Of a stretch of 64,000 nt of DNA, positions 25,078 through 37,610 are shown one piece after another. This DNA is from Macrostomum lignano (lineage: Eukaryota). Both the position numbers and the translations under genes were made by a program. Every line of letters begins with the position of its first letter. Positions within the stretch are counted from its first letter, which is position 1. The stretch covers positions 38,615 through 102,614 of the forward strand of contig NIVC01003356.1 in the NCBI GenBank assembly GCA_002269645.1. The letters run 5' to 3'. Under the pieces are notes generated by a model that saw nothing but the letters and a program-made list of their open reading frames with translations, had not been told where the DNA came from and did no database searches.

Positions 25078-25344
25078 CTGACAGTTGGGAGAGGTGGACA
25101 AGGGACGTTGTTTGAGTAAATTACTTTTTTTTCCAAAAACAGGCAGATATTCAATCGAATAGGGGTAATATAAATTTGTTGATCTATTTACAATGTTTAG
25201 TTCTACTTTGCTGTCACCTTTATTTGCGACTGTGGCTTGGGCCCTGTGCGAAACTGTCAGCCAGTCAGGGCGATTGGGGCCTGTGAGTCACAGGCCATGT
25301 GCATTTAGTGTGGCGTGTAGGTTATGTATATCTGTGAAGGAGAA

Positions 25345-28090
25345 TACCTGTGTATCTATATACCTGTGTATCTAAATACCTGTGTATCTATATACCTGTG
25401 CATCTAAATACCTGTGTATCTATATACCTGTGTATCTAAATACCTGTGTATCTATATACCTGTGTATCTAAATACCTGTGTATCTAAATACCTGTGTATC
25501 TATATACCTGTGTATCTAAATACCTGTGTATCTAAATACCTGTGTATCTAAATACCTGTGTATCTAAATACCTGTGTATATATATACCTGTGTATCTAAA
25601 TACCTGTGTATCTAAATACCTGTGTATCTAAATACCTGTGTATCTAAATACCTGTGTATCTAAATACCTGTGTATCTAAATACCTGTGTATATATATACC
25701 TGTGTATCTAAATACCTGTGTATCTAAATACCTGTGTATCTAAATACCTGTGTATCTATATACCTGTGTATCTAAATACCTGTGTATCTAAATACCTGTA
25801 TATATAAATACCTGTGTATCTATATACCTGTGTATCTAAATACCTGTGTATCTAAATACCTGTGTATCTAAATACCTGTGTATCTATATACCTGTGTATC
25901 TAAATACCTGTGTATCTAAATACCTGTGTATCTAAATACCTGTGTATCTAAATACCTGTATATATAAATACCTGTGTATCTAAATACCTGTATATATAAA
26001 TACCTGTGTATCTAAATACCTGTATATATGAATACCTGTGTATCTAAATACCTGTGTATCTAAATACCTGTGTATCTAAATACCTGTGTATCTAAATACC
26101 TGTGTATCTAAATACCTGTGTATCTAAATACCTGTGTATCTAAATACCTGTGTATCTAAATACCTGTCTATCTAAATGCCTGTGTATCTAAATACATTTG
26201 TATCTAAATACCTGTGTATCTAAATACCTGTGTATCTAAATATACCTGTGTATCTAAATACCTGTGTATCTAAATACCTGTGTATCTAAATACCTGTGTG
26301 TCTAAATGCCTGTGTATCTAAATATACCTTTGCATATAAATACCTGTGTATCTAAATACCTGTGTGTCTAAATGCCTGTGTATCTAAATATACCTTTGCA
26401 TATAAATACCTGTGTATCTAAATACCTGTGTGTCTAAATGCCTGTGTATCTAAATATACCTTTGCATATAAATACCTGTGTATCTATATACCTGTGTATC
26501 TAAATACCTGTGTATCTAAATACCTGTGTATCTAAATACCTGTGTATCTATATACCTGTGTATCTAAATACCTGTGTATCTAAATACCTGTGTATCTAAA
26601 TACCTGTGTATCTAAATACCTGTATATATAAATACCTGTGTATCTAAATACCTGTATATATAAATACCTGTGTATCTAAATACCTGTATATATGAATACC
26701 TGTGTATCTAAATACCTGTGTATCTAAATACCTGTGTATCTAAATACCTGTGTATCTAAATACCTGTGTATCTAAATACCTGTGTATCTAAATACCTGTG
26801 TATCTAAATACCTGTGTATCTAAATACCTGTGTGTCTAAATGCCTGTGTATCTAAATACATTTGTATCTAAATACCTGTGTATCTAAATACCTGTGTATC
26901 TAAATATACCTGTGTATCTAAATACCTGTGTATCTAAATACCTGTGTATCTAAATACCTGTGTGTCTAAATGCCTGTGTATCTAAATACCTGTGTATCTA
27001 AATACCTGTGTATCTAAATACCTGTGTATCTAAATACCTGTGTATCTAAATACCTGTCTATCTAAATACCTGTCTATCTAAATGCCTGTGTATCTAAATA
27101 CATTTGTATCTAAATACCTGTGTATCTAAATACCTGTGTATCTAAATATACCTGTGTATCTAAATACCTGTGTATCTAAATACCTGTGTATCTAAATACC
27201 TGTGTGTCTAAATGCCTGTGTATCTAAATATACCTTTGCATATAAATACCTGTGTATCTAAATACCTGTGTGTCTAAATGCCTGTGTATCTAAATATACC
27301 TTTGCATATAAATACCTGTGTATCTAAATACCTGTGTATCTTAATACCTGTGTGTCTAAATGCCTGTGTATCTAAATATACCTTTGCATATAAATACCTG
27401 TGTATCTATATACCTGTGTATCTAAATACCTGTGTATCTAAATACCTGTGTATCTAAATACCTGTGTATCTAAATACCTGTGTATCTAAATACCTGTGTA
27501 TCTAAATACCTGTGTATCTAAATACCTGTGTATCTAAATACCTGTATATTTAAATACCTGTGTATCTAAATACCTGTATATATAAATACCTGTGTATCTA
27601 AATACCTGTATATATGAATACCTGTGTATCTAAATACCTGTGTATCTAAATACCTGTGTATCTAAATACCTGTGTATCTAAATACCTGTGTATCTAAATA
27701 CCTGTGTATCTAAATACCTGTGTATCTAAATACCTGTCTATCTAAATACCTGTCTATCTAAATGCCTGTGTATCTAAATACATTTGTATCTAAATACCTG
27801 TGTATCTAAATACCTGTGTATCTAAATATACCTGTGTATCTAAATACCTGTGTATCTAAATACCTGTGTATCTAAATACCTGTGTGTCTAAATGCCTGTG
27901 TATCTAAATATACCTTTGCATATAAATACCTGTGTATCTAAATACCTGTGTGTCTAAATGCCTGTGTATCTAAATATACCTTTGCATATAAATACCTGTG
28001 TATCTAAATACCTGTGTGTCTAAATGCCTGTGTATCTAAATATACCTTTGCATATAAATACCTGTGTATCTAAATATACCTGTGTCTAAA
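25345..28090. repeat. 16-bp minisatellite (TACCTGTGTATCTAAA), ~170 copies with higher-order variant blocks
   Basis: Directly visible; the variant TATATGAATACC recurs near 26025, 26690 and 27610. Confidence 0.97.
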
Positions 28091-28749
28091 TACTTGTGTA
28101 GCATGCCTATCACTATATAAAATATCCGGATTTATCTATCTATATACCTGTACCTGCAACCTTATATTTATCAATCTCTACTTCTCCTAAAGCAACCAAG
28201 TCCCACAGATTAATTTAATAATCAAAGGAAATTTACCGCCAAAAAAATTCTGCAAAACTCTCTCAAGCAGCAACAATGAATAGATTTGCAAAACTAACTA
28301 TAATTTTGTTGTGTGTGTTGTTGCTGTGTGTGAGTGGAAAAATCACAGTTTCTCTATGCAAATGTTATGCAAATGTATTCCTATACAGAGTATATAATAA
28401 AACCTGTTAGATCTAAAACTAGAATCCAGTGTTAATGAGGTGAGGCCAGTCAGAATCGGTTAAAAACAACAGTTTAAGAAGAACAGGACATACTGGCAGT
28501 TTACAGAAAAGAGTGACTGGTGATTTCAGTCTCCAAGTCTAGATTTCTGGCTAAGTCCTTAGTCCTAGTAGGTGTGTTCCAATTAAGGTTTTATGTTCCC
28601 ATTATGAAATGTGACACTGCTGAGCGTGGAACCCTCTCCAGCCCAGTATGCAAAATTTGAATACCATTATTGCTTTGCAGACAGGTTGACTTGAAATTAA
28701 TAGACTAACTGAATGAGACTTGAAGGCGGGGAATGAGATAGAATTACAT

Positions 28750-29085
28750 TGCTAGGTGGATGAGATTGTGGATGAGATTGTGGATGAGATTGTGGATGAG
28801 ATTGTGGATGAGATTGTGGATGAGAATTAGAAGGAGATTGACACTGGGATTGAGAGTAAGAGTGAGAGTGAGAGGGAAAGGGAGATTGAGAGTCAGAGAG
28901 AGAGATTAAGAGTGAGAGGGAGATTGAGAGTGAGAGGGAGATTGAGAGTGAGAGGGAGATTGAGAGTGAGAGGGAGATTGAGAGTGAGAGGGAGAGATGG
29001 AGAGTGAGAGGGAGAGTGAGAGTGAGATTGAGATTGAGAGTGAGAGGGAGATTTAGAATGAGAGTGAGAGAGTGAGATAGAGACT
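28750..29085. repeat. 12-bp (GATGAGATTGTG) and 18-bp (GAGAGTGAGAGGGAGATT) repeats
   Basis: Directly visible. Confidence 0.9.
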
Positions 29086-29214
29086 GGGATTTAAAAATAA
29101 GACTCAAACATAGAGAAGACTCTGCAGAATGCTCACCATTACCAACGAGCACTCGCTCAGTGCACACCGAGGCGCCTGTTGCACCCACGAGGTGTTTCAT
29201 TTGACAGTGCTCAC

Positions 29215-29331
29215 CGCACTGCCCATAGCAACTGGTCATTTGTCCGCCACTGTTCATTGGGGCGGCGGCTGCGGCTGCTATGAGGGCGGCATTTGAAGCG
29301 GCGGTTGCACCATTGCTGGCCGTGTCCTGAT
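29215..29331 (-). CDS. ETS factor exon 2 (Ala-rich)
   Basis: DQDTASNGATAASNAALIAAAAAAPMNSGGQMTSCYGQC; acceptor GACAG|, donor G|GTGAG, phase 1/1. Confidence 0.7.
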
Positions 29332-29579
29332 CTGTCAATATTGAAATGAGGAGTTTTTATTGTCCCAGTTTGATTCACGGAAGGTTTCTGTTTGTTTGAC
29401 AATCGTAGCCTGATCATGATTGCGTAATAACACCCTGCCGACAGAAGTTGTAAACAATCAAGGAGATGAGATTTTCACACTTACGAGTATATGATTGTTT
29501 ATTACTTCAAATGCAACTGTTGAATGCGCGATGCATCGAAAACAGTTTGAAAAATTAATGCTGAGAAATCTTACTGTCT

Positions 29580-30020
29580 GACACACACAGTCACTTGGCG
29601 TCACTTTTGTGTGACACACACAGTCACTTGGCGTCACTTTTGTGTGACACACACAGTCACTTGGCGTCACTTTTGTGTGACACACACAGTCACTTGGCGT
29701 CACTTTTGTGTGACACACACAGTCACTTGGCGTCACTTTTATGTGACACACACACACTCACTTGGCGTCATTTCTGTCTGACACACACAGTCACTTGGTG
29801 TCATTTCTGTCTGACACACTCAGTTTAGCGTCATTTCTGTCTGACACACTCAGTTTAGCGTCATTTCTGTCTGACACACTCAGTTTAGCGTCATTTCTGT
29901 CTGACACTCTCAGTTTAGCGTCATTTCTGTCTGACACTCTCAGTTTAGCGTCATTTCTGTCTGACACACTCAGTTTAGCGTCATTTCTGTCTGACACGCA
30001 GTCACTTGGCATCATTTCTG
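29580..30020. repeat. 33-bp repeat grading into a related 30-bp repeat
   Basis: CACACAGTCACTTGGCGTCACTTTTGTGTGACA, then CAGTTTAGCGTCATTTCTGTCTGACACACT. Confidence 0.92.
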
Positions 30021-30639
30021 TCTCACACCTGCACTTTCTTCTTACAGTATCTGCCTGTAAATGCCTATTCACTTAATTGATGGATGCAAAGTTAAGGCCG
30101 AGCCTGCATAGCCTCTCGCTAGGATTAGCAATTCAAATTGATATAAAAGGTGATGCGCAGATTCGTTTGCATGCTTAGGTGTTTACGCAATTTGACACTT
30201 TGGAGAGAATCGAAAGAAACCGAATAGAAATCCAAGAGATGCAATGTCACTGATTGCGAGTTCTCCCAATGTAGGCTTGTTTAGAGTTCGGCTATAGCTA
30301 TGTTTGAGGACAATAATTGGGTTGGGGGGCTTGGCAACCTCCAGAACATTTTTTTATTGCCCAAGCCCCAAATGAATATTGCCGCGTGAGAATCCGGGAT
30401 ATAGTGGCATATCCCTGCCATTTTCCCAACTCGAAGGTTGCAGTAATGTATAGTATTGTTCAATATTGTGTAGTTACAAGCGGGTGGGTGCCGAGCGTGT
30501 GCCTGTATACATAGTTTATGTACTCATTCTCGCCTAACACGTAGTCACAAAATTATAGAACTAAACAATGTGATTCTGTTTTGTGTTCGGAAACTGATGC
30601 TGTGTAGCTGGAAATAACTAGTTATTCTACTCACTATCC

Positions 30640-30880
30640 CTTATCTACTTTCTCACCTCTACTCTCCCTTATCTACTTTCTCACCTCTACTCTCCCTTAT
30701 CTACTTTCTCACCTCTACTCTCTGTTATCTAGCCTCTTTATTTCTTATCTACTCTCTCACCTCTACTCTCTCACCTCTACTCTCTCACCTCTACTCTCTG
30801 TTATCTAGCCTCTCTATCTCTTATCTACTCTCTCACCTCTAGTCTCTGTTATCTACTTTCTCTCAACTACTATCTCTTCT
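30640..30880. repeat. CTACTCTCTCACCT-type C/T-rich repeat
   Basis: Directly visible. Confidence 0.85.
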
Positions 30881-31864
30881 TTCTAGCCATTTTCTTGTTC
30901 TCTCCACTTGGCCCAGCCCAGAGCGCAGCACACCAGAAGTGACGAACCGTTATAAAACGCTTCCAACAAAATATAGAGCATCGGAAATGACCTGCTCAAA
31001 AATTATTATTATTATTATTATTATTGCTCATCTTCCAGCATCCCAATCGCTACAACCTTTCAAACTGTGTGCCAGCTGGAACAGAAAAGCTCAAGCACTG
31101 CACGTCTTCGTTGTAAAAAAAATTTAGAAAACCTGGAAGGTCTGAGAGTTTACAAGGCGCAGATGCCACTACAATTCAGTACTTGTGTTAAAGCTTTCTG
31201 TATTAAAGCACAGAATAGCATAGCAAAATAATACTTTGGCATTCAATTCGGAGATTTGGCTAAGATCATGTTTCATTGGAAAACAATTCACTCCGTTGTT
31301 AATATTTTATTTCTGGGTACCGGGTTCCAGGTCTTTGTAGCTCTTGTAATAGGTTACCCGCTCTACCGCTCTACTTCTCTCCCTCTCTCCCTCTCTCCTC
31401 TTCTCCCTGTCTCCCTCTCTCCCCTCTCTTCCTATCTCCCCTCTCTCCCCTCTCTTCCTATCCCCCTCTCTCATCTCTCTTCCTATCCCCCTCTCTCCCT
31501 CTCTTCCTATCTCCCCTCTCTTCCCTCTCTCCCTCTCTCCCCTAAGTCATATAGCATCCTTGTCCCTGTCCAAAAAAGCTGTACTTTTTATAGTTTATCC
31601 CAAAAAATTCAGGAACAGAGAAAATTCCGCGAATTTTTTTCTAGTTCCAAGACATCCTCATTGTTTCGGTTTATTAATCACCCTTTGTGCTGTCATAAAC
31701 TATCGGAGGTGGTGGTGTTGGTGCTCTATCAGTAACCAGTTGACTGGAGAGGGGGTTTTTCTTGTCCCGGTGATAAGTTCCTCTTTTTGGTGTGGGCCTC
31801 CACTCCCAGGAAATCTTGAAATAGGGTCTGGAGAGCTGAACTTGTCAACTGGGGGGAGGGGGAA

Positions 31865-32692
31865 CTGGCGCCCCTGGTGCTGGCGCCCCTTGGTGCTGGC
31901 GCCCCTGGTGCTGGCGCCCCTTGGTGCTGGCGCCCCTGGTGCTGGCGCCCCTGGTGCTGGCGCCCCTGGTGCTGGCGCCCCTGGTGCTGGCGCCCCTGGT
32001 GCTGGCGCCCCTGGTGCTGGCGCCCCTGGTGCTGGCGCCCCTGGTGCTGGCGCCCCTGGTGCTGGCGCCCCTGGTGCTGGCGCCCCTGGTGCTGGCGCCC
32101 CTGGTGCTGGCGCCCCTGGTGCTGGCGCCCCTGGTGCTGGCGCCCCTGGTGCTGGCGCCCCTGGTGCTGGCGCCCCTGGTGCTAAAGCCCCTGGTGCTGG
32201 CGCCCCTGGTGCTAAAGCCCTGGTGCTGGCGCCCCTGGTGCTGGCGCCCCTGGTGCTGGCGCCCCTGGTGCTAAAGCCCCTGGTGCTAAAGCCCCTGGTG
32301 CTAAAGCCCCTGGTGCTAAAGCCCCTGGTGCTAAAGCCCCTGGTGCTAAAGCCCCTGGTGCTAAAGCCCCTGGTGCTAAAGCCCCTGGTGCTAAAGCCCC
32401 TGGTGCTAAAGCCCCTGGTGCTAAAGCCCCTGGTGCTAAAGCCCCTGGTGCTAAAGCCCCTGGTGCTAAAGCCCCTGGTGCTAAAGCCCCTGGTGCTAAA
32501 GCCCCTGGTGCTAAAGCCCCTGGTGCTAAAGCCCCTGGTGCTAAAGCCCCTGGTGCTAAAGCCCCTGGTGCTAAAGCCCCTGGTGCTAAAGCCCCTGGTG
32601 CTAAAGCCCTGGTGCTAAAGCCCCTGGTGCTAAAGCCCCTGGTGCTAAAGCCCCTGGTGCTAAAGCCCCTGGTGCTAAAGCCCCTGGTGCTA
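31865..32692. repeat. 15-bp minisatellite, GGTGCTGGCGCCCCT switching to GGTGCTAAAGCCCCT
   Basis: About 55 copies; explains the GAGAP/LVLKP ORFs. Confidence 0.97.
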
Positions 32693-33214
32693 AAATCTAT
32701 ACAAAGCTCTGACGAAATTTACACAAGTTTGCAATGAGACCAGAACGAAAACACGCAGAACAATCGCCCTTAAATCAGTGCTTAACTTAATACATTGTGT
32801 TACTCCAAGTTCTAGTTGAGGATCTCCTTGACGGGCCTCCCGAACAAATCTTGAAAGCGGAAGTTGGGGTGTTGTTACCACAATGCCTCTCACTTGCCAT
32901 GCGCCTCCTTGTCCCAAAGTTTTCCTTTAGCCCCCACTTGTCTGGGCACCCCCACCCCCTACATCCGCCTGCAATCTTTTTGTGTCATCTTTTCGGCTTT
33001 TTAAAAAAAAACTTTTTCCTCCCTGACGATACGGAATAGGAAAGGAGTTCCGCCTTTTTGTGACGAGTCTGTTTGAAATATAGAAATGAAAAGTTAAGAG
33101 GCTGCACGCGCATGGAGGGAGGCTCTCGGATTACCTTGGACCGGAAATGAATCAGGCACCACCAATTGTAACCTGTCAAAATATTTTCTGATTTTTGGCG
33201 GAGCCCCAACTCTG

Positions 33215-33800
33215 TTGAAATGGCGCCGCCCCAACTCTAGTGAAATGGCGCCCCAACTCTAGTGAAATGGCGCCCCAACTCTAGTGAAATGGCGCCGCCC
33301 CAACTCTAGTGAAATGGGGCCCCAAATCTAATGAACTGGCGCCCCAAATCTATTGAACTGGCGCCCAAATCTAATGAACTGGCGCCCCAAATCTATTGAA
33401 CTGGCGCCCCAAATGTAATGAACTGGCGCCAAAATCTAATGAACTGGCGCCCCAAACGTAATAAACTGGCGCCCCAAATATAATGAAATGGCGCGCTGAC
33501 TCTAGTGAAATGGCGCCGTGACTCTAGTAAAATGGCGCCCTAAATCAAGTGAAATGGCGCCCCAAATCTAGTGAAATGGCGCCCCAACTCTAGTGAAATG
33601 GCGCCCCGACTTTAGTGAAATGGCGCCGTCCTAACTCTAGTGAAATGGCGCCCCGACTCTAGTGAAATGGCGCGGTCCTAACTCTAGTGAAATGGCGCCC
33701 CAACTCTAGTGAAGTGGCGCCCCGACTCTAGTGAAATGGCGCCGTCCCAACTCTAATGAACTGGCGCCCCAACTGAGTGCAATGGCGCCCCCAACTCTGA
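33215..33800. repeat. ~22-bp minisatellite (GAAATGGCGCCCCAACTCTAGT)
   Basis: Directly visible, with 25-bp variants. Confidence 0.92.
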
Positions 33801-34574
33801 TGAAATAATTGTCAATTGACTGAATCTGTTCATAGGTGGGTCTGTCTATATAAGTTCAAAGCTGATGTAATTGAAATATGAAACCGAACTTTAAAAAATT
33901 ACACGAGTAACATGGTTCCGGTTTTTTCTAGCCGAACTTGTCCAGGCACCTGCATGGGACGGGATCAAAGATTGGCGGACACTCTAACGGGAATGAAAAA
34001 AAAAGATTTTATTTTACATTCGTAACTTCCGGGCAGACAGACAGTCAGACAGGCTGACAGACAGACAGGAAGGTAAGCTTGTTCTTCGAGCACGAGCACA
34101 GGTTTTATAGCTTAGATAGAATTTTCTCGAATTGAAGACAATGACTATAAATGTTTTTTTCCACTTCCGGGTTCTAATGCATTGCGCATGCATTGTGGTC
34201 ACCACCTGCGGTCACAGGGAAACCGGAACTCGGGCAACACTCTGCCTAATATAATATAGCATAATATAGGTTAGACTATATTGCTATTGTTTTTATAAAC
34301 TAAATAATAATACGATTTACCTGAGAAGAATGAGCAATCCGGACTTGTGCCCTGGCCCGGGGACAGCTCGAGCTCAAATGTCTGCGAAGAAAGCTGCTGC
34401 TGCTGATGGTGACTGTAGATATTCTCCTCTGGTACAATCACACAGTTGTAGTTGTTATAATCTGCAGTCAGGTGTATTCATTATAATTTTTCAAATATTA
34501 AATTTTATTAAATTATTACTTCAAGTGAGAGCTTTACATGCCATTTTTAGCTAGAAGTTGTCACTAGAGGCTAA

Positions 34575-35620
34575 ACATGCCATTTCAGAATTTTAAAATG
34601 CCATTTTTGAAGATAAAATATGCCATTTTGGAGATTAGTTATGCCATTTTGTAGCTTAGAGATGCCATTCTGGAGCCTAGAGATGCCATTTTTGAAGCTC
34701 AGAGATGCCATTCTGGAGCCTAGAGATGCCATTTTTTGAAGCTTAGAGATGCCATTTTTGAAGCTTAGAGATGCCATTTTGAAGCTTAGAGATGCCATTT
34801 TGGAGATTAGTTATGCCATTTTGTAGCTTAGAGATGCCATTCTGGAGCCTAGAGATGCCATTTTTGAAGCTCAGAGATGCCATTCTGGAGCCTAGAGATG
34901 CCATTTTTTGAAGCTTAGAGATGCCATTTTTGAAGCTTAGAGATGCCATTTTGAAGCTTAGAGATGCCATTATGGAGCCTAGAGATGCCATTCTGGAGCC
35001 TAGAGATGCCATTTTTGAAGCTTAGAGATGCCATTTTTTGAAGCTTAGAGATGCCATTATGGAGCCTAGAGATGCCATTATGGAGCCTAGAGATGCCATT
35101 TTTGAAGCTTAGAGATGCCATTCTGGAGCCTAGAGATGCCATTTTTTGAAGCTTAGAGATGCCATTTTGGAGCCTAGAGATGCCATTTTTGAAGCTTAGA
35201 GATGCCATTCTGGAGCCTAGAGATGCCATTTTTTGAAGCTCAGAGATGCCATTTTGAAGCTTAGAGATGCCATTATGGAGCCTAGAGATGCCATTATGGA
35301 GCCTAGAGATGCCATTTTTGAAGCTTAGAGATGCCATTTTGAAGCTTAGAGATGCCATTATGGAGCCTAGAGATGCCATTTTTGAAGCTTAGAGATGCCA
35401 TTTTGGAGCCTAGAGATGCCATTTTGAAGCTTAGAGATGCCATTTTGGAGCCTAGAGATGCCATTTTTGAAGCTTAGAGATGCCATTCTGGAGCCTAGAG
35501 ATGCCGTTTAGAGATTAAAGATGCCATTTTAGAGATTAAAGATGCCATTTTTTGAAGCTTAGAGACGCCATTTTGAAGCTTAAAGATGCCATTTTAGAGA
35601 TTAAAGGTGCCATTTCGGAG
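34575..35620. repeat. 21-23-bp minisatellite (GAGATGCCATTTTTGAAGCTTA)
   Basis: Directly visible. Confidence 0.95.
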
Positions 35621-35665
35621 CTAAAATAAGCAAATTCGCATTTATAATGTAATCTTCAGCCTTAC

Positions 35666-35897
35666 CAGCAAACATCTGTTCCACCATGGTCGCCTCATCT
35701 TCGTCCGGTTGCTGAAGATGCTGCTGTGCTGACGGCACTGTCATATTCGTCATCATCAAAGGCTGCTCAGATGAGTACTCAGTAGATGAAGGCGGATGCT
35801 GTTCAATTAGGGCCAGCAGTTCGAGATCTGTGGTCTCCAATGCGGCTGGGTTTGGCCAGCCTGAGGCTGAGCCATCGTCACCATCAAATTTTTGCAT
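35666..35897 (-). CDS. ETS factor, probable first coding exon
   Basis: ATG at 35897; acidic/Q-rich frame MQKFDGDDGSASGW...EQMFA; donor G|GTAAG, phase 1, fits exon 2. Linkage to the ETS gene is inferred from strand and phase only. Confidence 0.65.
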
Positions 35898-36229
35898 AGG
35901 ATCGGCCGATTAGCTTGATAGATTGAGTTGAAAAGATTAAGTGTGTGTTTGTATGTTTTGCGGACTGGCAGGTGGCTAATCAAGTTTTATTATAGAAGTG
36001 GTTAGGGATGCGTTCTCGTTGGCGATGGGGAAGGCAAGGGATGGGGCTCCACCAGCGCGTCTGTCATTGGCTGGCTGAATCTCTGCGGCCACGAATCGCG
36101 TTTGAGAAAGGGTGGAGAGACTGGGGCAGTGGGAAGCGACGAAAATCGGGTTCAACTGCAATTATGAGCTATTATGCATGTTCAGTTTAATGACGATATC
36201 CTTATGAAGTTTTGGACTCTCCAGTGAAG

Positions 36230-36680
36230 TTGCAGAATCCTCAGTAAAGCTTTAGAATCAGTGATGAAGCTTTAAAAAATCATCGATAAAGTTTAAGCAA
36301 CCTCAGTGAAGCTTTTGAATCCTCAGTGAAGCTTTTGAATCCTCAGTGAAGCTTTCAAATCCTCAGTGAAGCTTTAGAATCCTCAGTGAAGCTTTAATAT
36401 CCTCGATAAGGTTTTAAAAACCTCAATGAGGCTTTTGAATCCTCAGTGAAGCTTTTGAAACCCCAGTGAAGCTTTAGAATCCTCAGTGAAGTTTCAGGAT
36501 CCTCAGCAAAGTTTTAGGATCCTCAGTGAAGCTTTAATATCCTCGATAAGGTTTTAAAAACCTCAGTGAGGCTTTTGAATCCTCAGTGAAGCTCATGAAG
36601 CCTCAGTGAAGCTTTTGAAACCTCAGTGAAGCTTTTGAAACCTCAGTGAAGCTTGAGAATTTTCAAAATGACACTTTAGA
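36230..36680. repeat. 20-bp minisatellite (CCTCAGTGAAGCTTTTGAAT)
   Basis: Directly visible. Confidence 0.9.
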
Positions 36681-37610
36681 ATCCTCAAATGAGCTATAAT
36701 GCCCATAATACAATTGCCTTAGCTAAGTATCTCTGTTTATTTCATCCCAGCAACTAAAAAAATCGGGTCGCGCAGCAGCAGCAACAGAGGCCGCGGCCCG
36801 AGCAGTTCATGAGAGCATTAAAATAAAAATCATGCAAGCCAACTTCCGCTTGACAACGAAACAAAATCGCTCCAGGTAGATGTGCGCATGGAAACCGTAA
36901 AGTGAATGAAACATTATTGGGAGTTACAGAGGCCCAGAACACAGAATTTGTTTGTTGTTTTAAATAAACTAAACTCAACTTTGACTATAAATTATTCGAG
37001 TTTCAGAATGCATCCAACAAATACTAGAGAACCGTGTGCTCAGTGATCTGGACATCCTGCTAAAAGACTAATATTAATGTTCTTTCTTCACTTTAATGTA
37101 TTCAATCTCTGACTCTAATGCTTCTCTTTGCAATGGTCATGTCGTCTTTAAGTTTTTTAATTGCTCAATTGCTTCTTTCTGTTGTCAAGGCGGGGTTTCG
37201 AGTTGGGGTCTGAAAACCGAAATCCATCCCCTCCTAAACACTGTCTATCTAATATGGCAAATACACAACTGTCTTCTCAGCTTTGGCTAAGCCATCGCAA
37301 ACTTTAGCTCGTTATAAGAAACGATATTAGTACAGGTGTACTTAATTTCGACTTTGTGTTAGACTGAAAATTGTGTTCAGAACTTCAGACTTCAAAAAAG
37401 TGGAATTGAACAGTTATTGTTTAAATATACAAATAGACTTATATTTGCCTTCTTGTTCTTTGTTATAGAAAGGAGGCCTTGACGTGTCCGATGGGAGTGC
37501 AAGATAACTGACAAATAAGGGAAGAGGAAAGTTTAGGATTGTGAAGCTATGTGAAATTGATACTTTGTACTTGTTTGTACTTTATTTTGGATTGCATTTA
37601 CCTAGAGTCC

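Noticed and set aside
31560-32618. GAGAP-repeat ORF resembling an elastin/silk-like protein
   Set aside because: 15-bp satellite in an intron of two genes; the frame switches to LVLKP mid-array and there is no signal peptide.
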